IMG/VR virus record: IMGVR_UViG_3300050159_000095
From: a virus
Reading direction: 5' to 3' (one strand)
Length of the DNA: 64,000 bases
The notes under the pieces were generated by a model, which searched no databases, had not been told where the DNA came from, and saw nothing but the letters and a program-made list of their open reading frames with translations. This document shows positions 37,954 through 47,390 of the stretch, one piece after another (positions within the stretch are counted from its first letter, which is position 1; each line of letters begins with the position of its first letter). The position numbers were made by a program, and so were the translations under genes.

Positions 37954-38385
37954 ATGGGATACGACCACAAAGTCGTCTACCGCGCTGGCACCATTCCTTA
38001 CGTTGTGGAAAATGGCCAGGTGTTGATGATGTTCATGAAGCCATCTAACCCAGATTACGGTGGCGAAGCGTTCCAGATTGCCAAAGGCAAGGTGGAAGAC
38101 GGTGAAGAGACCAAAGAAGCAGCTTTGCGTGAAGCAAACGAAGAGCTTGGATTGTTCATTGGTAACATCACCATTATTGAGGACCTTGGTGTTTTCCTGG
38201 GTCGCACGTCGTTGTACGTTGCCAAAGTGAAAGATCGTGATATGTTTGGCCTTCCGGGGATGGAAACCGGAGAAGTCGCGTGGATGACTGCAGAACAGTT
38301 CGACCTGACAGGACGTGACCTGCACCGCCCTGTTGTCAAAGCCGCCTACCGCAAGATCGCAAAATTGGAAAACTTGCAACTCTAA
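37954..38385 (+). CDS. NUDIX hydrolase
   Basis: Nudix box KGKVEDGEETKEAALREANEELG. Confidence 0.92.
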   Translation: MGYDHKVVYRAGTIPYVVENGQVLMMFMKPSNPDYGGEAFQIAKGKVEDGEETKEAALREANEELGLFIGNITIIEDLGVFLGRTSLYVAKVKDRDMFGLPGMETGEVAWMTAEQFDLTGRDLHRPVVKAAYRKIAKLENLQL

Positions 38386-38429
38386 CCATTGCCCGCATAA
38401 ATATCTGACCTATCCACGAGGAGAAGATT

Positions 38430-39095
38430 ATGAGTAATGCATGGGATATTTCCAACATCCGTCGCCTAGCTGGCCTACAAGCAACACAACTGACGGAAAG
38501 CTGGCACGATGATGACGACAATGACGAAGATCCTGACGCAACGATTGCGTCGGAAGACAAGCGCCAGAAGGCCTTTGAACGCCGCAACAAGAAGGATTTG
38601 AACGCTCCACCAGCACCTAAGAAGGCTGCTGAAGAGAAGAAGAGTGAGCCAAAGGCCACCCCAGCCGAAGAGAAGAAGGAAGAAGCGAAAGCTGAAGCCA
38701 AGCGGCGCGGCAAAGCTCCAAATCCTGAGAGCTTTAACCAGCAAGCAAAATCCAAGGCTGGAAGCATGACTCGCAAGGAGTTCCTGAAGTGGGCTTCCGA
38801 GACGCACGGTAAAGGTACAGCATACTCTTCAGCTTTGTTCGCAAAGTATAACCCTAAGAGCGGCCGTGCTCCTAAGGAAGAAGTGAAGGAATGCTTCGTG
38901 TTGGTACATCCATTCATGAAGTCATACCTGCTGGCTGAGAACTATGAACTAAACCAGATGCAATGGATTGATACCGCAAGCTCGTTAGAACCGCTCGTGT
39001 TTGAGACGCAAGCAGAAGCTGACAAAACAGCCAAGTATATGGCTGAATGGAAGGGACAAGCAGCTGTTGTTCAGAAGATTGTGTTTGAAGACTGA
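38430..39095 (+). CDS. late putative head-associated protein
   Basis: ATAAATA 38397-38403; ISNIRRLAGL...LTES; Lys/Glu-rich. Confidence 0.75.
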   Translation: MSNAWDISNIRRLAGLQATQLTESWHDDDDNDEDPDATIASEDKRQKAFERRNKKDLNAPPAPKKAAEEKKSEPKATPAEEKKEEAKAEAKRRGKAPNPESFNQQAKSKAGSMTRKEFLKWASETHGKGTAYSSALFAKYNPKSGRAPKEEVKECFVLVHPFMKSYLLAENYELNQMQWIDTASSLEPLVFETQAEADKTAKYMAEWKGQAAVVQKIVFED

Positions 39096-39112
39096 TCACC
39101 GTAGATGCAAAT

Positions 39113-39140
39113 AAAAAGGGAGCCTAGGCTCCCTTTTTTT
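39113..39140. terminator. intrinsic terminator
   Basis: AAAAAGGGAGCC-TA-GGCTCCCTTTTT. Confidence 0.85.
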
Positions 39141-39195
39141 GTGAGTTGTCTACGTGCGAGAATTAGTAGATTATGAATCATCTTTAGGAGATACT

Positions 39196-39696
39196 ATGAC
39201 CATTCTCAAAAAACTGACATTCACAGCATTGATACTGACCGCAACTGTATACGCCCAACAAGCTCCGGAACTGCCAGACCTGAAGATGACGCCTGGTGCT
39301 GTGCGTACAACCAATCCTGATGATGTGTGCTCTCGCCCCGGACACAAAGTGTCAACCAAGGATGTGCGGAATGTTCCCGAATCAGTGAAGAAGGCTGTGT
39401 ACAAGGCATACGGTAACCCTGGTGGCAACCATACTGGATTCTGTGCTGGTCCTCGTGGTTGTGAGGTTGACCATCTAATCAGTCTGGAACTGGGTGGCAG
39501 CAATGACATCACCAATCTGTGGCCAACGCCGTACGTTGGTGTGTGGAACGCCTCAATGAAGGATCGTCTAGAAAACAAGCTGCACTACATGGTGTGCAAG
39601 GGTGAAATTCCTCTGACGCAAGCCCAGCATGAAATTGCTACTAACTGGAAAGCTGCTTGGGTGAAGTACGTCAACAAAGGCAATCGGAAGGACTGA
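39196..39696 (+). CDS. exported HNH-like protein
   Basis: Signal peptide ending VYA; CEVDHLISLELGGSND.TNLWP; KDRLEN. Confidence 0.7.
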   Translation: MTILKKLTFTALILTATVYAQQAPELPDLKMTPGAVRTTNPDDVCSRPGHKVSTKDVRNVPESVKKAVYKAYGNPGGNHTGFCAGPRGCEVDHLISLELGGSNDITNLWPTPYVGVWNASMKDRLENKLHYMVCKGEIPLTQAQHEIATNWKAAWVKYVNKGNRKD

Positions 39697-39698
39697 TC

Positions 39699-40040
39699 AT
39701 GAGTGATTTTATGCACGACCTGATGCGAGGTTGGTTTCTGAAAAACGACACAAAGACACTCAAAACGTTGAGCCAAGGTGAGGTCAACGAATACCTTGAA
39801 AGTTGGTTCTATTGTGACGCATCAATCTATGATCTAGATCTCGATGTGGTGAATGCTTTTTCGGAACAACATTCATTGGTTGAATGGTTCGGAACATCTG
39901 TGGTTGAGTATGATTATGATGCAGCCAGAGCTTTCTACCAGAAGTTAATGACCGACAATGCAGGGTACATTCAAGAGATACAAGAAGAACAGCGGTTAAA
40001 TGCTGATGGATTTCAAATCCAACAAGTGGTGTCTTGGTAA
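39699..40040 (+). CDS. hypothetical protein
   Basis: ORF following 39696. Confidence 0.7.
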   Translation: MSDFMHDLMRGWFLKNDTKTLKTLSQGEVNEYLESWFYCDASIYDLDLDVVNAFSEQHSLVEWFGTSVVEYDYDAARAFYQKLMTDNAGYIQEIQEEQRLNADGFQIQQVVSW

Positions 40041-40045
40041 AGCGC

Positions 40046-40089
40046 AAAAAGGGGAGACGTTGTCTCCCCTTTTTGTTTGCCTATATAAT
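40046..40089 (+). terminator. terminator overlapping a sigma70-like promoter
   Basis: AAAAAGGGGAGAC-GTT-GTCTCCCCTTTTT; TTGTCT 40060..TATAAT 40084. Confidence 0.65.
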
Positions 40090-40162
40090 ACTGACTGAGG
40101 TCTCGGGCTCATCCCTCAAATAATTCTGCGCCCACAATGACAACAATAATATGGAGACCAAC

Positions 40163-40666
40163 ATGTCATTTCAACCAATCCAATACAAGTACGTGTCAAC
40201 AAAAGAATATGTTGACGCTTTCCCCGTTGCCTACCGTCAGTGGCGAGCAGACAGCCATTGTAATCTGATTCACGGCTACGCATTTAGCATGAAGTTCTAC
40301 TTCGGCACAAACGATCTTGACGTTCGTAATTGGGCGGCTGACTACGGTGGCCTGAAGGAGCTGAAGAACGTCCTGCAAGACCAGTTTGACCACACCCTGC
40401 TGGTTGCGGAAGATGACCCGGAACTAGCTACGTACAAGCTGCTTCAAGAAAAGAAGATGGCTAAGCTGACAATTTTGCCGAAGCTTGGATGTGAAGGTTT
40501 GGCTGATCAACTATACAAGTTCGTAAACGGCGTATACATCCCCGACTACTGGGGTCCTGGTGAAGCTAACCGTCTGTGGTGCTTCCGTGTTGAAGTACGT
40601 GAGACGCAAGCAAACATGGCGTTCCGCGAAGGCCACCGTGAGTGGGGTGAGGATCTGTTCGCATGA
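40163..40666 (+). CDS. queD: 6-carboxy-5,6,7,8-tetrahydropterin synthase
   Basis: HCNLIHGY; DYGGLK; FDHTLL; GCEGLA; VRET. Confidence 0.88.
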   Translation: MSFQPIQYKYVSTKEYVDAFPVAYRQWRADSHCNLIHGYAFSMKFYFGTNDLDVRNWAADYGGLKELKNVLQDQFDHTLLVAEDDPELATYKLLQEKKMAKLTILPKLGCEGLADQLYKFVNGVYIPDYWGPGEANRLWCFRVEVRETQANMAFREGHREWGEDLFA

Positions 40667-40980
40667 TCTACACCGCCGATGACATTACATCTACGCTGCA
40701 TAATGCAGACACTGTTGGTGATATTGACTGGATGCATCTAAGCGATATCGCTCATCAAGTGTACCATCCTAGCTGCTTTGAGCGTTATTCCAAACTGGAT
40801 AAGCAAACCAACCAACCCCTGTGTGCCATCATTGACGACAAGAAGCATCTAGTGCGTAAGGTATACGTAGATGGTTGGTGCGTGTGGGGTGTGACTACCA
40901 TGTGGATGGAAGACCCCGCAGCGTCCAAACAACTCCCGTTGTGGGCGAAGTTCCAATTCGGCACGTTTCCGGACCTCTGA
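40663..40980 (+). CDS. hypothetical protein
   Basis: ATGA overlap with queD. Confidence 0.65.
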   Translation: MIYTADDITSTLHNADTVGDIDWMHLSDIAHQVYHPSCFERYSKLDKQTNQPLCAIIDDKKHLVRKVYVDGWCVWGVTTMWMEDPAASKQLPLWAKFQFGTFPDL

Positions 40981-41028
40981 AATAGGCTGCACCATAAATA
41001 CGCCACAATCCGAATTAGGAGCCTGGAT

Positions 41029-42309
41029 ATGTCATTAAAATTGATTCGCCAAGCGCAAGCCGTATCGCGCATGGGAAATACCGAACTCGAGCTCGCTCGC
41101 CACGTTCAGTCCGTTTTGAAGACGCCTTCGTTGGTGGAAGCCTTTGATGCGTCACAATTTGAAGTTACACCTGACCACTACAATGAGTGGCTGAGTGTAA
41201 TGAAGGACATGGCTGAGGAGCAGGGCATGAGCCTTGATCGTAAGCAAGCATTTAACGAAATCGCGTTCGAGGTACTAGACAACGATTCGTTCGTTGACGC
41301 ACTCGCAAGTGGTGACGCTGGTGATGCGGAACAAACCAAAGAGAATATCGTCAAAGCTTTGTGGCAAGCATACCAAGTTAACAAAGCACACGCTCGCGTA
41401 TCATCACACGTGGGCAGCAAAATCAACCAAGCCCAAGATGACGTTCGCACTCTTGGTGGTCTGGTTGGCGACCAAGAAGAAGAGACGAGTGGATTCGCTC
41501 AGGATTTTGCAGCTGCAAAGGGCACCGAAGATGAAGAATCAATGTTCCCGCGTCGACAAGCTCCGCGCGCACATAATCTACTATCGAAAGCTGTCGCACT
41601 GAAAAAGTCTCGCAAGAACCCGTTCCCTGCTGGGTCGCTTCGTGCTTCAATCTGGGCCGATGCGTACGGTGAAGAGAACGAAGAAGGTGATGACTTTGAT
41701 GCAGCAGGTTCAGATTCAATTGACGATCTGGAATCCGGCGACTTTGAATCAGACGTGGATGCGGACTCGATGTCTCCAGACGATCTGGCATCGCGCATCA
41801 CAGGTAGCACCGACGTTGACATCGACTTCGGTGAAGGTGAGCCTGATGACGATATCGATCAGCGTGTTGATGACCTAGAGCAGCGTGTGGCTGATTTGGA
41901 ACAAGGCGAAGCTGGTGAAGATGATCTGGAAGGATTGGATATGCCAGCTGGTGACCGCGACTCAGGCAGTGATGTTGATCTGAGCTCCGAACGCCAACCT
42001 GCCGCCAACCTGCGCACTCCAACAACTGCTGGATCGAACGACCGTGAGTACGACGAAGAGGAGCAAGTTCGCGATCTGTTCAAGCGTGCCATTACTTCTC
42101 CAAAGCAACACATGAATGATGCACTAAAAGGTGAGGAAACTGCCGGTTCTGAAGCTTGGAAAAAGCTGATGCTGCCGAAGAACCCACACCCGAAAGACTC
42201 GCCAGCGCACAAAGCATGGTTGAAGGGCATGAAGGCTGCCGCGAAGGATAGCCTCGGCATCGTAGACAAGCCCATGTCTACTAGTAAACAAAAGCCAAAG
42301 CGTCGGTAA
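41029..42309 (+). CDS. late, highly acidic low-complexity protein (scaffold/internal-protein-like)
   Basis: ATAAATA 40994-41000; AGGAG RBS; Asp/Glu-rich middle, basic C-terminus. Confidence 0.75.
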   Translation: MSLKLIRQAQAVSRMGNTELELARHVQSVLKTPSLVEAFDASQFEVTPDHYNEWLSVMKDMAEEQGMSLDRKQAFNEIAFEVLDNDSFVDALASGDAGDAEQTKENIVKALWQAYQVNKAHARVSSHVGSKINQAQDDVRTLGGLVGDQEEETSGFAQDFAAAKGTEDEESMFPRRQAPRAHNLLSKAVALKKSRKNPFPAGSLRASIWADAYGEENEEGDDFDAAGSDSIDDLESGDFESDVDADSMSPDDLASRITGSTDVDIDFGEGEPDDDIDQRVDDLEQRVADLEQGEAGEDDLEGLDMPAGDRDSGSDVDLSSERQPAANLRTPTTAGSNDREYDEEEQVRDLFKRAITSPKQHMNDALKGEETAGSEAWKKLMLPKNPHPKDSPAHKAWLKGMKAAAKDSLGIVDKPMSTSKQKPKRR

Positions 42310-42453
42310 ACAAACGTAACCGTCTCACAGTTGTGCGTGAGACGCAAGCTAGAAGGGATGTGATACAGTATCACATCCCTTCTTTGTTTCCGTTCTGGTA
42401 AATGGAGTTCGCCTAGATAGTTAACCGGTGCGCATATAAGGAGACGGTTCACA

Positions 42454-42819
42454 ATGAATGAACGCCCAATCGAATTCACACAAGTGATTGATAAACTTGA
42501 ACACCTAGCTTTGGACTCTGACATCTACTACCAACACCGTACCGACGGGACGCTTGATACTTGGTACAAACAACTGATGGAAATCGCTGTAGCTGACGTT
42601 CTGCTGTTGCCGATTGAGCGACAAGCAAGAAACCTCATGCCAATTGAAGAGATGGATGAGGTGGATGATGGAATGACGGAGGTTGCAGAACTGCTGGCAG
42701 CCACGTTCGACAAAGCTGTCCCAGCTGTTCGAGATGACCTACTTGAAGTGATAAAGCAATTCCCTGCGGATGATGCTCGCACAGCATTGAAGTTGAGACA
42801 TGAAGGCATGCTCAACTGA
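42454..42819 (+). CDS. hypothetical acidic protein
   Basis: AGGAG RBS. Confidence 0.75.
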   Translation: MNERPIEFTQVIDKLEHLALDSDIYYQHRTDGTLDTWYKQLMEIAVADVLLLPIERQARNLMPIEEMDEVDDGMTEVAELLAATFDKAVPAVRDDLLEVIKQFPADDARTALKLRHEGMLN

Positions 42820-42875
42820 TTTTACATCATCTGATAAACGAAAGAGCTTCGACAACAGTCAAGTAAATACTGCCC

Positions 42876-43403
42876 ATGAAATTACTTGAAATCAATGCTG
42901 GGAAGATGCTCACCCCAGACCACCACGAGTGGCTCTCATCTCGAACCAAAGGTGAATACCTGATAAATCCAACCACCGGACGTGTCGACATTGACGGCGG
43001 TCTGTGGCTGGAGACAGGCGATACACATTTCATCGTACCTATTGGTAACGTGTCAGGTAATGTGTACGGTGAGCAGTCCAGCCTCGAAGATTTCACAAAC
43101 GGTCCAACATATGTTGGACGAAATTTGTCATTCCGAGGTGCTCCAGCACTCAAATCATTTAACGGATTAGTGGGACACATCCCAAGGCGTTTAGTCATAG
43201 ATGGATCGCCACTTGGCATCTACACTGAGCGACACATGCTCAATGTGTTCAAGTGCAAAGCAACGGTTGGATACATTTTCTTTACGAAGAACTTCCCAGA
43301 GGCACAGGATCTAGTTAATGATTACAGGAACCAGGGTCGTGACGCCCTTGAAGCCCAAGAAGCCTTGATTGATATGGGCATGGCAAAATACGCGAGGTTC
43401 TAA
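42876..43403 (+). CDS. late putative internal head protein with LRR-like repeats
   Basis: GTAAATA 42863-42869; MKLLEI; GP..VG.N.S / L.S..GL repeats. Confidence 0.7.
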   Translation: MKLLEINAGKMLTPDHHEWLSSRTKGEYLINPTTGRVDIDGGLWLETGDTHFIVPIGNVSGNVYGEQSSLEDFTNGPTYVGRNLSFRGAPALKSFNGLVGHIPRRLVIDGSPLGIYTERHMLNVFKCKATVGYIFFTKNFPEAQDLVNDYRNQGRDALEAQEALIDMGMAKYARF

Positions 43404-44155
43404 TGAAACTATTCGAATTACACCAAGGAACATCAGCTAGCCTGAAAGACGTTGAGGCATATATGTCTGGCGGTATTGAGCGTGGCCCAATCCAAACAAG
43501 CGCTGGTGAGGTAATCGTTCTCGGAGCGGGCGTAGAAGCCGTCGCATACAAGGAGCGGGGTGTTATTGGTATCACAAAAGTGATGTCATCTTCTCAGGAA
43601 GACCTCAAGAACAATGCATACATCAAGTATGCAAACATATCTCGCCGCTTGTCAAAATCCAATCCGTTCCTCCCTCGTATTGAATCGATCACCCCTCAAC
43701 AAGTTCCCGCTGAAGAATGGAAGCGGTTGCGTGTTGCAGCGGGAGTTGAGAATGAACCAGAGGAGTATTATAATCATCCAGCTTATTTGATTACGATTAA
43801 GATGGAGAAATTGCTGCCGATTCAACGGGTTGGAATTGAGCATCTAGAAGCAATGTATCGCAAAGCGTTTGGTTCCGACCCTGATAACCTGGATAATAGG
43901 GACCGTGCACAGTACCGTAACGCATTGATACATCAATTGTCACGTGGCGTTGAAAATATTGCACGTAGTAACCAAGTGTATGACAAAGAATGGACAAAAG
44001 AACTGGATCCAAACCTAGTACAAGCCGTCCTTTTGATTAACGCAATCAAAAAGAAAGTACCGCAAACTGTGTGGTATGATTTACATTCAAAGAATGTGAT
44101 GGTTCGGTTTGCTGTCGGTGGTCCGCAGCTGGTCATTACTGATCCGCTCTGTTGA
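43403..44155 (+). CDS. late protein-kinase-like protein
   Basis: MKLFEL; LGAGVEAVAY Gly-loop; ITKV; MEKL; DLHSKNVM; ITDP. Confidence 0.7.
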   Translation: MKLFELHQGTSASLKDVEAYMSGGIERGPIQTSAGEVIVLGAGVEAVAYKERGVIGITKVMSSSQEDLKNNAYIKYANISRRLSKSNPFLPRIESITPQQVPAEEWKRLRVAAGVENEPEEYYNHPAYLITIKMEKLLPIQRVGIEHLEAMYRKAFGSDPDNLDNRDRAQYRNALIHQLSRGVENIARSNQVYDKEWTKELDPNLVQAVLLINAIKKKVPQTVWYDLHSKNVMVRFAVGGPQLVITDPLC

Positions 44156-44238
44156 AAGCTTCCCCTAAAGATGAGAAAGTATGAAAAGTGACGAGCAACG
44201 GCTCTGTGTCTAATACTTCAAAGAGGGGTCGTAAACGG

Positions 44239-45189
44239 ATGACAACTGTCAAGCAACAAAAGGAACAATGGGAGCAACTCCCACTGTTCACGGTCCTTCA
44301 CACGATGACGATCGACCCAGCTGTGGAATCGCTGGTTGCTCAATACGGTGAACGTATCGCAGAAAAGACCTCCAAGAACCATTACGGTGCATTCCATCCC
44401 GATCTCGTGTTCAGTCGTCTGACAGACACTACCGAGTCTGGGCAAGGTGGTAAGTACCAGCGCTGGGAACTGCAAGGTATCCCCGCTGTTGTTACTCCCA
44501 AGCGTCTTCGTACCTTCCGCAGCAATATGTGTTGCGTCTCGTGTGGGCTGGAAGCGAACATTTTCTTGGTTGAAAAACACCGCAATGATTTGCAGCAACA
44601 GTACATCAACCTGTACCACCTCGGCGAGAGGGGATTGGTCATGTTCTCCGTTGACCACATTCTGCCTGACAGTCTCGGTGGTCGCTACAGCGTGTCGAAC
44701 TTCCAGACGATGTGTCAGCCGTGCAATGCCAAGAAAATGAACCACATGTCGATGGCGGAAATTGACCGCGTGAAGAGCAATCCGGAGGATCACTTGAATG
44801 TGCATTTCCGCTCCACGCCGAAACGCGATTACATCTTTGCCCTAATGGATGTGCAGGCAGCAATGAACCAAACGACCGACAAGAAGGCCGCAATTCGCCT
44901 GCAATCCTTGCTTGATCAGACCCGGAAGAAAGTCCGAGCAAACACAACCGAACAGCAAGCGCTCACCACAGCAGCACACATCCGTGAAGAGATCCAGTAT
45001 GCGCTCGATCCGTCCAAACGACCGGCACCGACGCTGGTGCTCCCTGCACCCGTCGTCAACACTGGCAAGAAAGCAAAGAAGGCAAAGAAGCAAGTCAAAA
45101 AGAGCTTTGTGCGCCCGATCATGCACCGTGTGACAAACTTCTTCTCGTTGGTTACTCGTTTGTTCAAGCGTGGTCCGTTGACTTCTTAA
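44239..45189 (+). CDS. HNH endonuclease-domain protein
   Basis: CVSCG; VDHILPDSLGG...NFQTMCQPCNAKK. Confidence 0.85.
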   Translation: MTTVKQQKEQWEQLPLFTVLHTMTIDPAVESLVAQYGERIAEKTSKNHYGAFHPDLVFSRLTDTTESGQGGKYQRWELQGIPAVVTPKRLRTFRSNMCCVSCGLEANIFLVEKHRNDLQQQYINLYHLGERGLVMFSVDHILPDSLGGRYSVSNFQTMCQPCNAKKMNHMSMAEIDRVKSNPEDHLNVHFRSTPKRDYIFALMDVQAAMNQTTDKKAAIRLQSLLDQTRKKVRANTTEQQALTTAAHIREEIQYALDPSKRPAPTLVLPAPVVNTGKKAKKAKKQVKKSFVRPIMHRVTNFFSLVTRLFKRGPLTS

Positions 45190-45206
45190 CTAGAGCTCTT
45201 GATGAT

Positions 45207-45749
45207 GTGGGTATCGAAACTCCCAACATCATCATGCCCCACATTGTCTACGAAATCAGCGGGCCGAACAGTACCAGTGTGTACATCGGCTACTGTCCGC
45301 AGGACGCGGTTGAGCCAATCGCGCACTTCCTCGTCGGTGCAACCCGCAAGGAAGATCGCGGTGATGTCCGGTTTCTGGCTGATCATGGCAATGATGCCAC
45401 TGCACTCCGTCACACCGTGATTGACAAGGTTGACAGCGAAGTGGAAGCGTTTGACCTGCGCAACACCGCACGCGCGACCAATCCGTTCTCGTTCACCGGT
45501 CCCTCGCGCTGGCCGGAAGGTGCATACGAGAGGTCGCGCAAAGACAACCCCAGCAAATACGAAGCATCCGAGAAGCTGTGGAAGGCTCGCCAAATGAAGA
45601 CTGCACGAGATGCATACGCAGCTGGTCTCTGGACTGCTGCTCAAATCAAGGGCCTGACCGCTCACCATGACCGTGCTGATGTGGTCGCCGATCTCGACCT
45701 GTTGACTCCGAATGATTTTGGGGTAAAGTACGCGAATCATCTGAAGTGA
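45207..45749 (+). CDS. hypothetical, GIY-YIG-like N-terminus
   Basis: IVYEISG...VYIGY. Confidence 0.55.
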   Translation: MGIETPNIIMPHIVYEISGPNSTSVYIGYCPQDAVEPIAHFLVGATRKEDRGDVRFLADHGNDATALRHTVIDKVDSEVEAFDLRNTARATNPFSFTGPSRWPEGAYERSRKDNPSKYEASEKLWKARQMKTARDAYAAGLWTAAQIKGLTAHHDRADVVADLDLLTPNDFGVKYANHLK

Positions 45750-45762
45750 AAGAGCTGGAATC

Positions 45763-45909
45763 ATGAGCAAATTTGAATGCGTTTGTGCGACCATTGTGTT
45801 TGTTGCTATCTACGGAGGCCTCGCACTCAGTGGTACCCTGGCGGAAAAGCAAAAGACGGTCCGCTACACCGAATGTGTCAAGTACCACCAACCGAAGGAG
45901 TGCCAGTAA
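45763..45909 (+). CDS. small membrane protein
   Basis: GGA RBS; hydrophobic N-half; 48 aa. Confidence 0.5.
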   Translation: MSKFECVCATIVFVAIYGGLALSGTLAEKQKTVRYTECVKYHQPKECQ

Positions 45910-45910
45910 C

Positions 45911-46093
45911 ATGGATGCTTTTGAATGCCGCACCAATCACCTCGGCTACCGTCAATACTACGACGAGCATGGTGACGAGCGTTGCCCTGCTTGTGGCGGC
46001 CTGTACGTGAACGAAGGCCAAGGCAGCATCCACCCGAAGTGTGTTGACGTCCTGGATCTGAACGATGTTGAAGACCAGGAAGAAGAGCCGTGA
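45911..46093 (+). CDS. small CxxC protein
   Basis: RCPACGG; GTGA overlap with next gene. Confidence 0.6.
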   Translation: MDAFECRTNHLGYRQYYDEHGDERCPACGGLYVNEGQGSIHPKCVDVLDLNDVEDQEEEP

Positions 46094-46503
46094 CGCAAGG
46101 TATCCACGAGCGGCTCGCAGCATTCCTGGCAACTCCCAACCACGACCCTCACGGCGAGTGGCCTACCATCACTGCTGATGAACACCAAGAGTTCATCACG
46201 CTGATGTACGACGTGGCTCGTGCAAAATGGGGCGAAGATTGTGATGGTGACATGCCCATCAAGATTCGCACGTACGACCGCAAACGTGAAGATGATGTCA
46301 TCGACATGCCGATGCTTCGGCCCAAGCGCAACGCCACTCTCGACGAGACGGTGACTGCGGAGCTGAACAACATTCGTGGTGCGACGTATGCGATCGAAGC
46401 ATACAGTGCTCAGATTCGATATTCCCAAAATCGGATTGCGTACGCTCACGCAGAAGAAGCGAAACGGAAAGAAAGGATGGTCAAACGAAATGAACAAAAA
46501 TGA
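46090..46503 (+). CDS. hypothetical protein
   Basis: Packed ORF run. Confidence 0.7.
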   Translation: MTQGIHERLAAFLATPNHDPHGEWPTITADEHQEFITLMYDVARAKWGEDCDGDMPIKIRTYDRKREDDVIDMPMLRPKRNATLDETVTAELNNIRGATYAIEAYSAQIRYSQNRIAYAHAEEAKRKERMVKRNEQK

Positions 46504-46765
46504 GCTATTCGGCTCCAGTGTGCTCCTGCGAGTGCCTGGGCCGAATGCAGCTGATGAAATGATCGACGATCACCACCGCGCTGACAAGAACTTCGAGGTT
46601 GTGTACTACGCAACTGAAACATTTGAGAATGGTGTGGTGACGGATGTGGCCGTTTACCGAATCACTAATCCGCTGTACGATCCACGTCAGAAGCGCAATC
46701 CTGCGTTTTTTCACATTGCCGAAACGACTACTGAAGTCGTTGCTGTTGAAAGGAATTGCCAATGA
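46490..46765 (+). CDS. hypothetical protein
   Basis: Packed ORF run. Confidence 0.65.
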   Translation: MNKNELFGSSVLLRVPGPNAADEMIDDHHRADKNFEVVYYATETFENGVVTDVAVYRITNPLYDPRQKRNPAFFHIAETTTEVVAVERNCQ

Positions 46766-47313
46766 CTGAACGACAATCTGACCGGTTCGCCAACGACGTT
46801 CCGTACGACATCAAGCTCCACAACGGCCTCAATCACTTCGTGATCGTTGACACGCGCTCGTATTCGGGCAACTTCGAACGTGAAATGGGGGCGTTCATGG
46901 TGGGGGCGTTCAACCCCGACGGGTATCACGGCGGCCCGGAGTACGAAAAATTTGAAGAAGCAAAAGCAGCCGACCCCAGACTGGAAACACTCGAAGAAAA
47001 GGTCCGATTGATGCACCACGATGAATACGCGGAGGTTGCTACAACCATTTGGCCAACGCCCGGGCGGCTCAATAATGGCCGCGGTGGCCATTCTGACGAT
47101 GATGGCACCCAGGGCTACCCCGCGTATGAATCCGTTGCTGTTGGCTTGGAAGAGCCGCTGACGGAAGAAGAACTGCAGCTGGTGCTGGAGCGCGCCAAGC
47201 AATACGGCGCCTGTCCGTCCTCCCATATGGGCAAGAGTGAGCCGATTGCAGTTGTTGGCATTCGTCAACTGACGTTCGAGCACATCGTTCAGAAACGCAC
47301 GACTCGAGTTTGA
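46762..47313 (+). CDS. hypothetical protein
   Basis: VDTRSYSGNFEREM; IWPTPG; YESVA motifs. Confidence 0.8.
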   Translation: MTERQSDRFANDVPYDIKLHNGLNHFVIVDTRSYSGNFEREMGAFMVGAFNPDGYHGGPEYEKFEEAKAADPRLETLEEKVRLMHHDEYAEVATTIWPTPGRLNNGRGGHSDDDGTQGYPAYESVAVGLEEPLTEEELQLVLERAKQYGACPSSHMGKSEPIAVVGIRQLTFEHIVQKRTTRV

Positions 47314-47331
47314 TGCCTAATCGGTGAGCTG

Positions 47332-47369
47332 TTGACGTTTCACCCTTAACCGCATAGGATGGCTTCATC
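47332..47369 (+). promoter_or_regulatory. phage early promoter, family member 1
   Basis: TTGACG-N17-TAGGAT-GGCTTCATC. Confidence 0.7.
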
Positions 47370-47390
47370 TACACAGACCGGAACCATCCT

